DNA of 64,000 nucleotides from Oikopleura dioica (lineage: Eukaryota > Animalia > Chordata): assembly GCA_907165135.1 (NCBI GenBank), contig OU015568.1, positions 1,550,001-1,614,000 of the forward strand. Reading direction: 5' to 3'. The notes beneath the pieces were generated by a model. It saw only the letters and a program-made list of their open reading frames with translations. It was not told the DNA's origin and made no database searches. Of this stretch, positions 12,040-23,339 are shown in pieces. A program made the position numbers and the translations under genes. Each line of letters starts with the position of its first letter. The stretch's first letter is position 1.

Positions 12040-12576
12040 ATGACTGAAACAAACGAGAATCCGAGTTATCCCGAAACGCTTCAGTCAGAGAGTTCTGTTG
12101 GCGATTACAGAAACACTGTGGACTTTGGAATAGAAAACGTGAGTGCCGCCCTGATGGAATCGTTTATTCAAAGATTGAATCAATATGAAGAAGATGTTGG
12201 TTTCTTTCGGAAAGAATACATAGACCTGGTGAAGACTAACCGCGTATTGAAGGAGCAGGTTGACGAATTCCGTTCACTGAGTAACAAGCGACAGCATGAT
12301 TTAGACACTCTTATGCAAATATCAGAAAATCTGCAATATAGTTTGAGCGTTAGAAAGCAGAAAATTTCCACGATTATCTTGAAATTGATGTAAATTTTCA
12401 TTGCGATTTTTGTCGTTGTCGCACTTCTCTTCGTCAATGCACCAAAAACTCGCGAAGAAATAGAAAATTTCGGAATTTATACTTTGATGATTTTTTCTTT
12501 CCAAGGTTTCTGTTATAAATTTTTGAAAATTGTCGATATCGCCTTTGACCCAATCATCTTTAAAAAAGATGAGTGA
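12040..12576 (+). pseudogene. Single-exon coiled-coil + two-TM protein gene interrupted by one in-frame TAA (12391-12393)
   Basis: The 117-aa ORF ends ...STIILKLM* and the same frame continues IFIAIFVVVALLFVNAPKTREEIENFGIYTLMIFSFQGFCYKFLKIVDIAFDPIIFKKDE* (TGA 12574-12576). The stop falls inside a hydrophobic helix. Confidence 0.5.
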
Positions 12577-13494
12577 ATGCTGAATTGTATTGTTTTATTT
12601 ATGAGTTATTTATCTTGCCAAAACTGTTAATCTGTTTCCCCCAAGAATGAATTTCTTACAATTCCTGCTTTTTTTGAAATCATTCTGCTCATCAATAATG
12701 ACTCAGAATTTAACTTTTACCAAATAAAATTTCTATCAAAAACTGACGGTGTCAGTCTTATTTGTCGATTTTAACTTTCATAATTGCAAAGGACTTATGG
12801 TAAATAGTCATAAATAGTATATTTTCAGATTCTAGTTTGTTCAGAAAGAGGTTAAAACTCAGTTGAAAGAACAAGTGAAGGAACAACCGTCGATTCCACA
12901 GCGTTTCTAACATTTGTATCTGGGTTCTTGTAGTATCTAGAAAAAAACAATAGTTACTTTGAAGAGCAATATTAAAAGTAGAGGCAAGCAAGCGGTCTTG
13001 TTAAACATAATTTAGGATTGCAATTATGTTTTGCCTTTTTTCTTCAGCCCTTTTCTATTTATTCAATGAAAATCTCCATTTTTTTCTGTGAAAAATGCGG
13101 TTACTGAAAATGGAGGCTCGAAATATCAAATGGGTTGTGCTAGAATATTTCGACTTTCGTATGTTTTTGTCGAAACCTTCGTATGCTACTGTAGCAAGTG
13201 CTACATCTGAGTAGTGTCTTGAAGAGCTGGACCGAGAGCGGTTTGAATTAGACCGCTGAATAATTGAGGATGCTTGTAGTGTCTGAAAATTTTTGTTTGG
13301 ACAATTCAATGCAACTAGACTGCGGTAAGCAAGCTTAATTTCTTTTCGACCTCTAGAAACTAGAATTACTCGTAATTTTTGCGATCTCGATTCATATCCG
13401 TAATCAAGCCGTATCCCGCCGTTTTCTCGAAAAGCACATAGGACAGGCTGGCAAGCCAATATTTCTTAATCACAAAGCTACTTCTTCTTGAAAC

Positions 13495-16400
13495 TCAATC
13501 GTCGAAGTGTCGCTTACTTTTCTCGATAGGCAATGGCAAGAGCAACGAGGCCAGCATCGGGGTTCATTCCGACCCAGCTCTCCGCTTCGTGTGGATTCAG
13601 GAGCGCTTTTACGTCTCGACGGCCTCCGGCGTTTCCGTCCACTACGTTGTTGACCGCAAATTCTCCTATGAAAAGCTCAATGTCATTCTTCAAATAAAGA
13701 GTTCAAACCTTCATTGTCCCATCCATGCCCCTGCGCAGCAAGAGGATAAGCCGGTTCTCCATGATACGCAATGTCGATGCCTCTCACTTCCGTGTCTGCA
13801 TCGACTCTCAACACTCTCAACTTCCAAAGAACGAAAAAGAGGGGAATGGAACAGACAATCGTCCAAGCCAGAATCGAAATGATTCCAAGTAGCTGCCAGG
13901 CAAATTGGTAAAATGGCGTGTGTAGGCAGTCGCCGTCTGACCAAGATGGATGAAGAGCGCGCTTTCCTTCGCTTGCATCGCCAGCGAATGATGTTGTGTA
14001 AAGACAAGTGGAGTTGGCGTTGTCGGAGACACAGTCGTAGTCGCAGCCTGAACGTATAATTTTTTTTCTTCATATTTTTTACCCTTCCAATGAATCCAAG
14101 AATACTCGTGCTCCTTCTTCGCAAAAACCGGCGCAAGAAGCACGCCAATTACTCCGCCAACCAAATGAACGGCGACTGATCCGACGGGATCATCAACTTT
14201 ATGATGAACCAACGTATGTTCAACGTAATGAAAGGCAAAACCGACGATGACACCGATTATGACTGCACCCCATGGCTCTAGAACGTCGCAGCCGGCGCAC
14301 ATTGACACCATCCCAGCTTTTTTGAGTCACAAAGATGATCGTTAATGATAATATTTAAAAACCCTGCAACTCGTTCCTAAAGTAGCATCAACAAGGACCA
14401 AGAAGCTCCAATATGTTCTCGGTTTAATAACTCTCGATCTGTTCGCCTTCTTTACTGTATATTTCCACCAATCCTTGACTTTTGGCTCTAAATTGACGAT
14501 CATCATGGAAGTCAACCCAGAAGCAGATCCGCCAAGGGTTAAATTCGTTACTCCTTGGGCGACTGATTGGCCGTGACCGAGAACCATCGAGAGGAAACCG
14601 ATGAAAAGGATGAAGGCGCCAAGACATGTCAAAGGAGTTGAGTGACCTGAATGCATAATGCACTATTTCAAATAAAAAACAACTTCACCTGGAATATGGA
14701 ATTTCCTTCCCGTTTTCGGCGAGAACCTTCCCAATCTCGGTCCAATAAAGATACAACTGACCAGAGCGGCAATACCACCAACCGCATGGACATTTCCTCC
14801 ACCAGCATAGTCTCTGTACCAAACTGCCGGAGGAAGCTTCAAACTTTCCGGCGGGTAAACAAGCCATCCGTTCGACCAAGCCCAATGCACAGTCACTGGC
14901 TGTATGAAACCGGAAGCGATGACTCCGTAGACCAAATATGCTCTGAAATACGTTTCAACTTGACCCCGGACTCTCAAAAACAAGATCTATAAATTCTTCC
15001 CTTTCCGTTATAAAAATAAACGTCTTTCAGAAACAGGTCAGAGCTCAAATAAAATAAATAAAAACGTACCCGAATTCGACTCGCTCAGCCAGAGCTCCAG
15101 AAATGATCGTCGTTGCTGTCGCCGCAAAGACGAAATTGAAGAAAAACTCTCCATAAAACGACCCCCCGTGGAATACTCGAACGGGGTAGTTTTCAATCGA
15201 GGGCGATTTGTAGTCCGGATAGCTCAGGAAAAAATGCTTGTGCCCGATGAATTGATTCGCCGAGGAGTACCCGCTGTATTCTCCAGTTTTGTAGTCTTTT
15301 ACCGCCACCTAGAGAGCGTCAAGAGGGAAAAGTTCAAGCACAAATACCTTTCCAAAGGCGAAAGCAAATCCACACGCCCAATAAACCAGAGCGCCGACAC
15401 CTGAAAGATGGCAATTAATAATCTTGTAAAAGCCGCAATTTTCCACTTTCAGATTTGGAAAAAATGGTGAGTCGATCGTTTTATATTTTAAAGTACTTAC
15501 TTACATGCATCGAGTAAATTTTTGATGAGAATGTTTGTCACATTCTTGGCTCGGACTGCGCCCGCTTCCAACAGCGCGAATCCGGACTGCATGAACAGGA
15601 CCATACAGGCATTCATCACCAGTGTAAGCTAAAAGAAAATAAGTTTAGCTTGAAATGTCGGTTTTGAGGAGTTGTCAGGAACCGATGAAAAAATTTCGAC
15701 AAATTTGCGTGGAAGCTTTCAACCAATCAGAACCCTTGATTCGGCAAACCGGCCAATCAGCAGCCGAGTAGCCGCCCACGCAATTTTTTTTGAAATTTTT
15801 TGTCGGTTCCTGACGCCAGCCCGTTTTTACGACTCGAATTTGAAGTCGCATAGACAATCTTGAAAAAGGCATAAAAAGCTAAAGATAGATGAAAATGACT
15901 TTTGCGGAGCAAAATCGGGACCCCAATATTTTTTGGGCTCATTTTGTAGCGCAGCTTCTGAGGAGTCGAATGGTACAATATTTATGTCTCGAAGCCACGG
16001 AAAATCGCCAATTCTAGTGCCTAAAGTACCTGAAAATGTCAGGTCATGTCCCCCTGTATCTCCGAAAATTTTCAGAAATATATGGAGATTTTGGTATCGT
16101 TGGAAAGCTCAGCTCAAACTGGTTATGAGCACCAGATGCGCAATAGAAAATTCCGAAAAAAAAATTTGGGCGAAAAGTTTTTGTCTCCGAAAAAAAAATT
16201 TTCCTCGAAATTTTTTCTTGCACACCTTGTGCTCATAGCCAGTTTGAGCCCGGCTTTCCAACGATACCAAAATCTCCATATATCTCTGAAAATTTTCGGA
16301 GATACAGGGGGACATGACCATTTTTCAAAGGATGGTCCTTATGACGTCATATGTGATGACTCAGACCCTCAAAAGTATACCATTTGACTCCTTAGGAGTT

Positions 16401-17113
16401 GCTCTTTCTAATGAGCACAAGAAATATGGGGGGTAGAATATCGCTCCGCAAAAGTGATTTTCAATCGTCTAAATATCTGGGTTAAAAAGGAACGGTTAAT
16501 TCTTTATCATTCGAATTTTTTATAAAAAACCATAGAAACCTACTACAAGTTACCTCTTCAAGGTTCGTTTCTCTTAGACCGGGAACATGTTCCTCTGAGT
16601 ATTCCATACTATCCGATCAATGGTCTCATTTTGGGAGAGGTTAATAACTAGATAAAAAAAACCAGGAAAGGTTTTTGATAAAATTAATTATTTATATTGC
16701 TCACTCATCTTTTTTGTCAATATCGATTAAGTGCTTCTAAATAATTTTACAAAAGAGCGATCTCAAGTTCAAAAATCTTCGGAAATAAACTATTTTTTGA
16801 AAATTGGAGTTCTGAATTTTACGAGAAAGATGAACCTTTCTAAGCTAAAGTTTACGCGTCACAATAAGCCGGAAAAGGGATTTTCTTTTGTTTCTTTGCT
16901 TTCAAATACCTATTTTACCGGGGTAAATATAATATTAAAGACTTACATCATATTCATGAGCAGTTTCTTCGTCGAGCTGTGATCTCAGAAGCTCGACTTC
17001 TTCTCTCAACTCATCGAATTGGCCCTGCAGCAGGCTGGCGTCTATTCCCGCAGCAGGGTTATTTGCCTAAATAAGGTTCTCTTTCAACATTTCTCTAATT
17101 TTCTGCGTACCAT
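13495..17113 (-). CDS. Amt: Ammonium transporter (Amt family), multi-exon; N-terminal exon order and C-terminal end uncertain (may extend to ~12860)
   Basis: Motifs LFMQSGFALLEAGAVRAKNVTNILIKNLLD, FNFVFAATATTIISGALAER, DYAGGGNVHAVGG and VDDPVGSVAVHLVGG (twin-His), GHSTPLTCLGAFILFIGF and LRVDADTEVRGIDIAYHGEPAYP. Probable start is ATG|gt at 17113 followed by a coiled-coil exon at about 17065-16947. Confidence 0.95.
15674..15822. mobile_element. ~150-bp MITE-like repeat (TIR GTCAGGAACCGA), copy 1, in an Amt intron
   Basis: GTCAGGAACCGA...TCGGTTCCTGAC. The internal CCAATCAGCAGCCGAGTAGCCGCCCACGC is shared with the copy at 34638. Confidence 0.7.
15890..16470. mobile_element. ~580-bp foldback (palindromic) element in an Amt intron
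   Basis: Near-perfect inner arms at about 16042-16132 and 16229-16319 (GGTCATGTCCCCCTGTATCTCCGAAAATTTTCAG...). Diverged outer arms at about 15890-15980 and 16375-16470. Confidence 0.8.
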
Positions 17114-18571
17114 AGTTTAAATTTTTCTTTTCCGCTGGTGGTCTGGGAAGGTTTGTATCAGCGGCTAATCTGAAGGAACGGAGATTAACGACTTTTTATT
17201 TTGTTTCATTATTTTCCTAGTGTGCTGAGTTTACGATTTTTAACTGACAGGTTCTGAAGAGTTTCACTTTCTGTAATCAAAAAAAAAATTAATTTTCAGA
17301 CGAATTTTTCCGAATTTTTTTTTTTTTATTTTCGAATATTTTTTCAAAATTCAAAAACTGAAAATTTTCTCTATTGAAAAAAATTTTTTTCAAATTTCTT
17401 TAGACAGAGGAAAGAATTTCCCTAGGTGTGTCTTATCTTAGGAAAGAGAATAATCTCCAGTCTATTTGACCTTCTCTTGACTATCTCTCTCGTAAAACCG
17501 AGTGCAACTATTCTTTTTCTCTTATCACATCAAAATAAAGGGTCGTTCAGAACCAAAAGAACTTTCTTTCTCTCTTTTATCTGACATGATCTCGTTAAAG
17601 GTTTTGCCTCGAGCAAGACATAGGTCTTTGTAATTGCATTCCTTTTCTATAATCCTTCTAAATCAACCGGCGCCGTAGACGAGAAATCTAGTTAGACAAA
17701 GATCAAGGTATTCCTCTCTACTTTTCTCTCTCTGACGTAAAATGTTCGCAGACGAATTAACTGTTGTTCTTCACTTCTAACTGCTGCCAAATCTAATCAA
17801 TTCCAAGCGACTAACTTTGGCTCTCTCTCTCTCTTTTGAGTTTGGTGCTTCCCGACGTTTAAAAAGCTCCTAATGTATGCTGAAAACGACGGGAAGCAGA
17901 CCTTTGGAAACGCGTTTATTGTACACTTAGGAAAGGAATTACTGTTCTTGCGGTTTGACGCCACACTTTGATTGTCTCTGATTTTGAACTTTGGGAAGTG
18001 AAGAACTTGGGCATAGCGTTAACAATGATAAGGACTTCCGCGTATATATTTCTTACTTTTGAGTTCGTTTTTATTGCAGTTCGTAATTAACGATTTCTTA
18101 CTTTTATCGATTTTTTTATTCTCTGTTGAGTTTTTTCTCTGTTCGACTCCTAGAACAGGAATTTCATTTGGAAGATGTGGGAGAAACATTCTGAAGATTC
18201 TTGGTTGACTCTGCCCTTTAAGAAAATTTACGAGCAATTTCGCCCTATTTGCAAATACTTGATTGAGACTTTTTCGATTTCAAATGAGCTCCTTTTACAT
18301 TTTCGCTAAAAAACGGCATTATCTCACCTTTTAGAATTCGAAAAGTTATTCAAGTTCACCATTTTCCTCTCCCATTCCCATCAATTTTGTCAATTTCTCG
18401 AAACAAAAATGGACTGACCCTTGTGTGTGCCAATCTTTCTCACAGAATACAAATTCACCAAAGTGACATCAAATGTCTCCGGATGAGTTTATAATCGGCG
18501 CGATTGCTAGGGCAAAGCGTGATATCACCTTTATCGATAAGATAAAAACACAACTTTTTAATAAATAGAAA

Positions 18572-19380
18572 ATGAAGCTTGCTACTCTTTTCGTTCCTTT
18601 CATCGCAGCTCAGAGCGGCGAGGGCTCCGGATCCAGTAAGTAAAGAGAATCTAAATCCCTGTTAGTATCCCCTAGAACCCCCTCAATCTCAACATTAGGG
18701 GCTTGCCCCTTCCCCTCATCCCCCTCACGAGTCATCTAATGATCTTTGAAGGCCCTTGCGATGCCATGAGCTGCCATGAAAACGCCACTTGCCACGAGTT
18801 GCACACCGGCGAGGCCAAGTGCCGATGCGACTACAAGTACTACGGCAACGGCGAGTGGTGCAAGTTCGTCGAGAAGAACACCCCCGGCCGAATCCTCCAG
18901 CGAACATACATCAAGCTTGATGATATGATTGATCGTCACATCGTCAACGTTCCTGTTCCCGGCTGGCGACGACGAATTCAGAAGGAGTTCAACTTTGTCT
19001 CGATTGTTGTTCCAGGTAAGGAAAAAGAAGATGACAAAAACTGATCGTTGTAGGTTTGATCCGCAAATACGAGGAGCGAGATTGCCCAGCCCAGGAGGAC
19101 GATGAAGCAAGACTTGCTGCTTTTGTCGAAGAATTGGAAGAGCTTGACGTTCAACAGACCCGATTCGACAACCCATGCATCGGACAATGGCGACTTTTCA
19201 ACAAGATCTCTACTTGGGCCCAGATGTACAACTGTAAGTACCGCCAACATGATCCTCTTTCTCATCATTTCTCTAGCCGATTGCGATGGTTCCTCCAACC
19301 GAGACCTGAACCGAGTCCTCCGAAATCTCTCTAAGTCACGAAAGCGAATCCGAGACCGATTCAGCTGCCCACTTGAGTAA
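18572..19380 (+). CDS. Secreted protein with one EGF-like domain and a Cys-bounded helical C-terminal domain, 4 exons
   Basis: MKLATLFVPFIAAQSGEGSGS|SPCDAMSCHENATCHELHTGEAKCRCDYKYYGNGEWC...VVP|GLIRKYEERDC...NPCIGQWRLFNKISTWAQMYN|SDCDG...RFSCPLE*. All introns are GT-AG and in phase; codon usage is biased. Confidence 0.85.
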
Positions 19381-19524
19381 ATACGAGTCGAGACATGCGA
19401 AAAAAAAGACTAACTGAAACGAATTTTGCTTCACGAACTGACTAACCCTTTTACATTTTTATTTTATTCCCTTCTTTAATTAAATTTCTTGCATCACAAA
19501 AAATAATACTCGTTGTTGATTTTT

Positions 19525-21335
19525 TCAGGCGATCGGGTAGCATTTCGGGTATTCAGGGTATCTTCCGGTTGATGGACAGGATACTAAAACAAACATGATT
19601 TTCATAAGAATTCTTCTGAAAAATGACTTACAGTTTCCGTTTTCGTATTCTTCGATCAAAACTCTCCACGCAAAAAAGCAAGCTGTGCTGACTTCAACAT
19701 CCCAGTAGAATGTAAAGCTGGCAAAATCAAAGAACAGCCATGGGTAGACACAGATCAGCTCCTGCATAAGTTCTTCGTATGAGAATTCACGAGGGCCAAT
19801 TTGATTGTAATTTTCGACGTAGGAATTGATGTAGTCCTGGAATTTTTCTCCATTAAGCTAAAACAGAGTAGATTTCAAAAGAGATGCATAATCAAACCAG
19901 GGCAGAATTGGCGTAGTACATAAGATCCCAAGCTCGCATCCCGAATTCTGCGTTGTCATAGTCGATTATCAGCATTTTTTCGTCTAAAATTTAGCCAAGG
20001 GGTCAATAATGATAATTTTTTTGCCCATTACCTAAAGTTTCTCCTTCATCTCGAATAAAGATATTTCCTGGATGAGGATCATTGTGAGCCCAAACAGCTA
20101 AAATGCTTTGAAGAATGTTGTTTGCTCTTTTTTCTTACTTGGGCTCATGGTCGCATAAAGATTTTCATACAACATGTTGACAGCGTCATCATAAGTTTTG
20201 ATATTTTCTGATGGATATTCCTTGATCAATTTTCCCAAGAAAGCCTTCGCGAGAACTCCCCAGGAGTCCAAGTGAGTTGCGACGGCTCTTGTGTTCCATG
20301 GCCAGGACTCGTAGCAGAATCCGACTTTTCTGTCGCATTCTTTCTGCGTTACTTGATGTAGTTTTGCGAGTTTCTTTGTGAAAGCTTTGTAGACGATCTC
20401 ATCGTTCGCGTCAAAATCCGATTTTGTGATGTCTTTTCCATAAAGCAATTCCTCGAATTTGCCAAAAACGGCCGCTTGATCGCATGCTGTGCAGTCGGCG
20501 CAGCCACTTGTTGGCGGATCCTCGCAGGCTAAGAGTGGAAGTTGAAAGAAACAGAGAGAAAGATTTTTACCTGAAAGATCGCAGCAATCTTTGACGTCAA
20601 GATTTTCTTCAAAAAACTTGTAAATGGCCGGGCCATTCTCTGTATTTGACATTGCTTTTTGAGTTTGATTTATTGCTTTGGGGGGAAATACTGATGATTT
20701 TTTCAATATTAAATATTTTCAATTAACTGATTCTTTAATTTTTCAGTTTTATAAAAAAAATTTAGCTGTTATGGTTTTTAAGCTACAATGAAAAATCGAA
20801 ACTCGACCTGAATCAACAATTTCCGCCCTCTCAGGATCCATCAAAAACGGATTCTTATAAAGCTTCTGAGCATAGGCAACCCCCGCTTCCTCAGAAGAGC
20901 AGTTGTAAACCACTCCTTGACCGCCTTCTCCAAGAAAGACAGAAACTGCATCTTCTCCGAATTCTTCTTTGCAAATTCTCTCTGCAGTTGGTTGACTCGT
21001 ATCGCTTCGAATTCCAGAATCAGTAAACTCAGGATGTCGTTTTTCAAATGAATCTAATTCTCGACGAATCTTCATGAAAAAATTTGCAAAAGAAAAGTTT
21101 TCTGGAAGTCCTGCTCGCTTTTTACGGGGCTCGAGATCCTGTGTAGATACTTTAGTCAAGGCCCTGACTCAGGATTAAGGAAAACCCTAACCCTGAGTTA
21201 GGGTCCTTGACTCAGATTATCTTCACAGGTTATCGAGCCCAGCTTCGCCCCTTCAGCAAAGATTCCAGCCGGGCTGAGATCTTCCAAAATCGCATTAGCC
21301 CCAGATATCGTATTAAAAAGGAAGGAAAGTTTCAT
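19525..21335 (-). CDS. Choline/ethanolamine-kinase-like (APH phosphotransferase fold) protein with possible signal peptide, multi-exon
   Basis: Gly-rich loop FLGEGGQGVVY, YAQKLY, Brenner-type motif VWAHNDPHPGNIF and MLIIDYDNAEFGMRAWDLMYY. N-terminus is MKLSFLFNTISGANA. The frame is continuous only if the 21150-21211 hairpin is removed. Confidence 0.75.
21150..21211 (-). mobile_element. 62-nt hairpin/TIR element forming a predicted GT-AG intron
   Basis: Inverted arms AGTCAAGG(-/A)CCCT(G/A)ACTCAGG at 21154-21173 and 21192-21212. It contains an in-frame TAA; removing 21150-21211 joins the two flanking ORFs in frame. Confidence 0.6.
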
Positions 21336-23339
21336 CTTCAGGGTTTCTCTGAAGAATGCTGCTTTTTTTTGTAAACTTCGGTGGTATTTCAACTTATTGG
21401 GATGCAAAGAAAACGTAAAAATTGATGGTAGACTTTGGTCTATTTTTTGAGTTTGGGATTATATAAGCGATCTTTTTTATCCTGTATTTATTTGACAGAA
21501 AGATTCTTCATGGAAAAATACTGTAGACAAGAATCTTCAGAAGAAGAGTCGTACTCAAACAGCAAATGTTCTGAAGGCTCTGAACATACTAAAACACATT
21601 TTTGCAATAAATAATTTCACCTACACTTATTTTTTAAAGACGAAAAGAGTGAGTCTGTTTTATTATTTATTTTTGATGACTTTTAGCTCCGTTTCCCGTG
21701 GATTTTTTTATAACACGAAAATATTGACTCGGAACATGCATCAGAAACGATAATTCTGCAAATTTGGCTCAACTCGCCCGCGGTGAGAACCTTCGTCCCC
21801 TGGGGAGCTGTTCGATCTGTCACTTACCCAAAAGGCACTTCAAGTTTACCACCTCCATTTTGAATAATCAAATAATGCCAATAGAGATTTAAAACTTGCG
21901 AAAATTGAACAATAAAGCGAAGAAATAATGAAAATAGAGGTAAAATTAGAGTCAAACAAAAAATAAAAAAATAATTTATATTAAAATCTCTTAGCAAGTT
22001 TGACTTACTGTACATTGGAAGTCACAAAAATAAGTTTTGAAATCTTAATTTATTGAAAAACTTAGTGCTCCTAGCTTGTCCCTACTGATCCGGCTCAGGT
22101 GTCAACCTGTTACCCGTGCTTGACTTGGCATAAAATCAATTTAGGTTATATACACTCGCCTCGGGGCGTATAAATTTTAATTCGTACGCACTGACAAAAA
22201 ACACACCAGCGAGTACGCCACTTTGCGAAAAAGACGAAGAAGACTCCAGATTTGGAAGCGGCGCAATTTACTGTCAACAGGAGACAGCTCCAGACGCAAC
22301 AACATACAGATCGAATACTGTCGGCTGACAGTTGAAAGGAAAATAACGAAAAGGAGAGATATATTTATGAAGAAGGGAAGGAAAATTGAAGAGGAAAAAG
22401 ATGAAAAATGAACAGGTAATTATTTTCATTAGTTTTTATCTTCACTCATTGCCAATGAGTCATTGGGTTTCATATAGAAAAAATTCGTTTTTAATTTTAT
22501 TTCCACTTGAGAGTCCACTTGCTTTGCGCATTAGATTTCGGTTTTCAGTAAAAAACGAGGAAATTCTATGTAGTTGAGAACGAAGACTTTGAGGGAAAGT
22601 TTAATAAAAAAACCCAATCAATCCCAATTTTTATTTTTTTTTTATCCAAAAATATTTTACTTTTTTCAAGACACTTCATTTTATAAGTAAAAATAAGGAA
22701 CGATTTGGTTATTTTTTAGTTAGATTTGCTTGGTCTTTAGGCTTTTTTTTAAATCAGACTTTATGGATCATGTAAAAATGTTATTTCTGAAATGCAATCA
22801 AGCTAATTTGCACTAACTCAAAATCAATACATCTTCATCAAGCATAAATATTCAGACTGGATATGGTTCGTTCAAGCCCATGCTCTGGTTTTTCATCATC
22901 CTCTGGGGAATTCTCGGCTTCATTGCATTAGGTTATCTTTAGTTACTTACTACTAAGTAGTTCCGTCAAGAAGAATGAGTATTAATTAAGTCCGACTCAA
23001 TAATTCAGGTTTCTTCTTCTACCTGAAATGCGCGGAATTGCTCAAGACAAAGAAACACTCGACATCTGCGGTGCAAGGCCACGCTCGCGGTCAAAAGCTC
23101 CTAGGCACGCACCAGAACGTCGTATCAAATAATCATACGCGTGTGGTGTGATTTGGGGCTCCGTCTGTGGCTTTGCAATCAATTTTCTAATTTGACTAAT
23201 TTGAAAATTGGATTGGCCTAATTTGACCACTTTTTCCATTGTACATTTTTGAATAAATAATATCAAGCATCAAAAAAGATTAAAATTCTTTGTTTTTTGA
23301 ACTCTGTTTTTTTTATTTACAAAAATATAGGTTTTTTTG

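Noticed and set aside
15933-16387. Overlapping ORFs on both strands with mirrored peptides
   Set aside because: Produced by the foldback element in the Amt intron.
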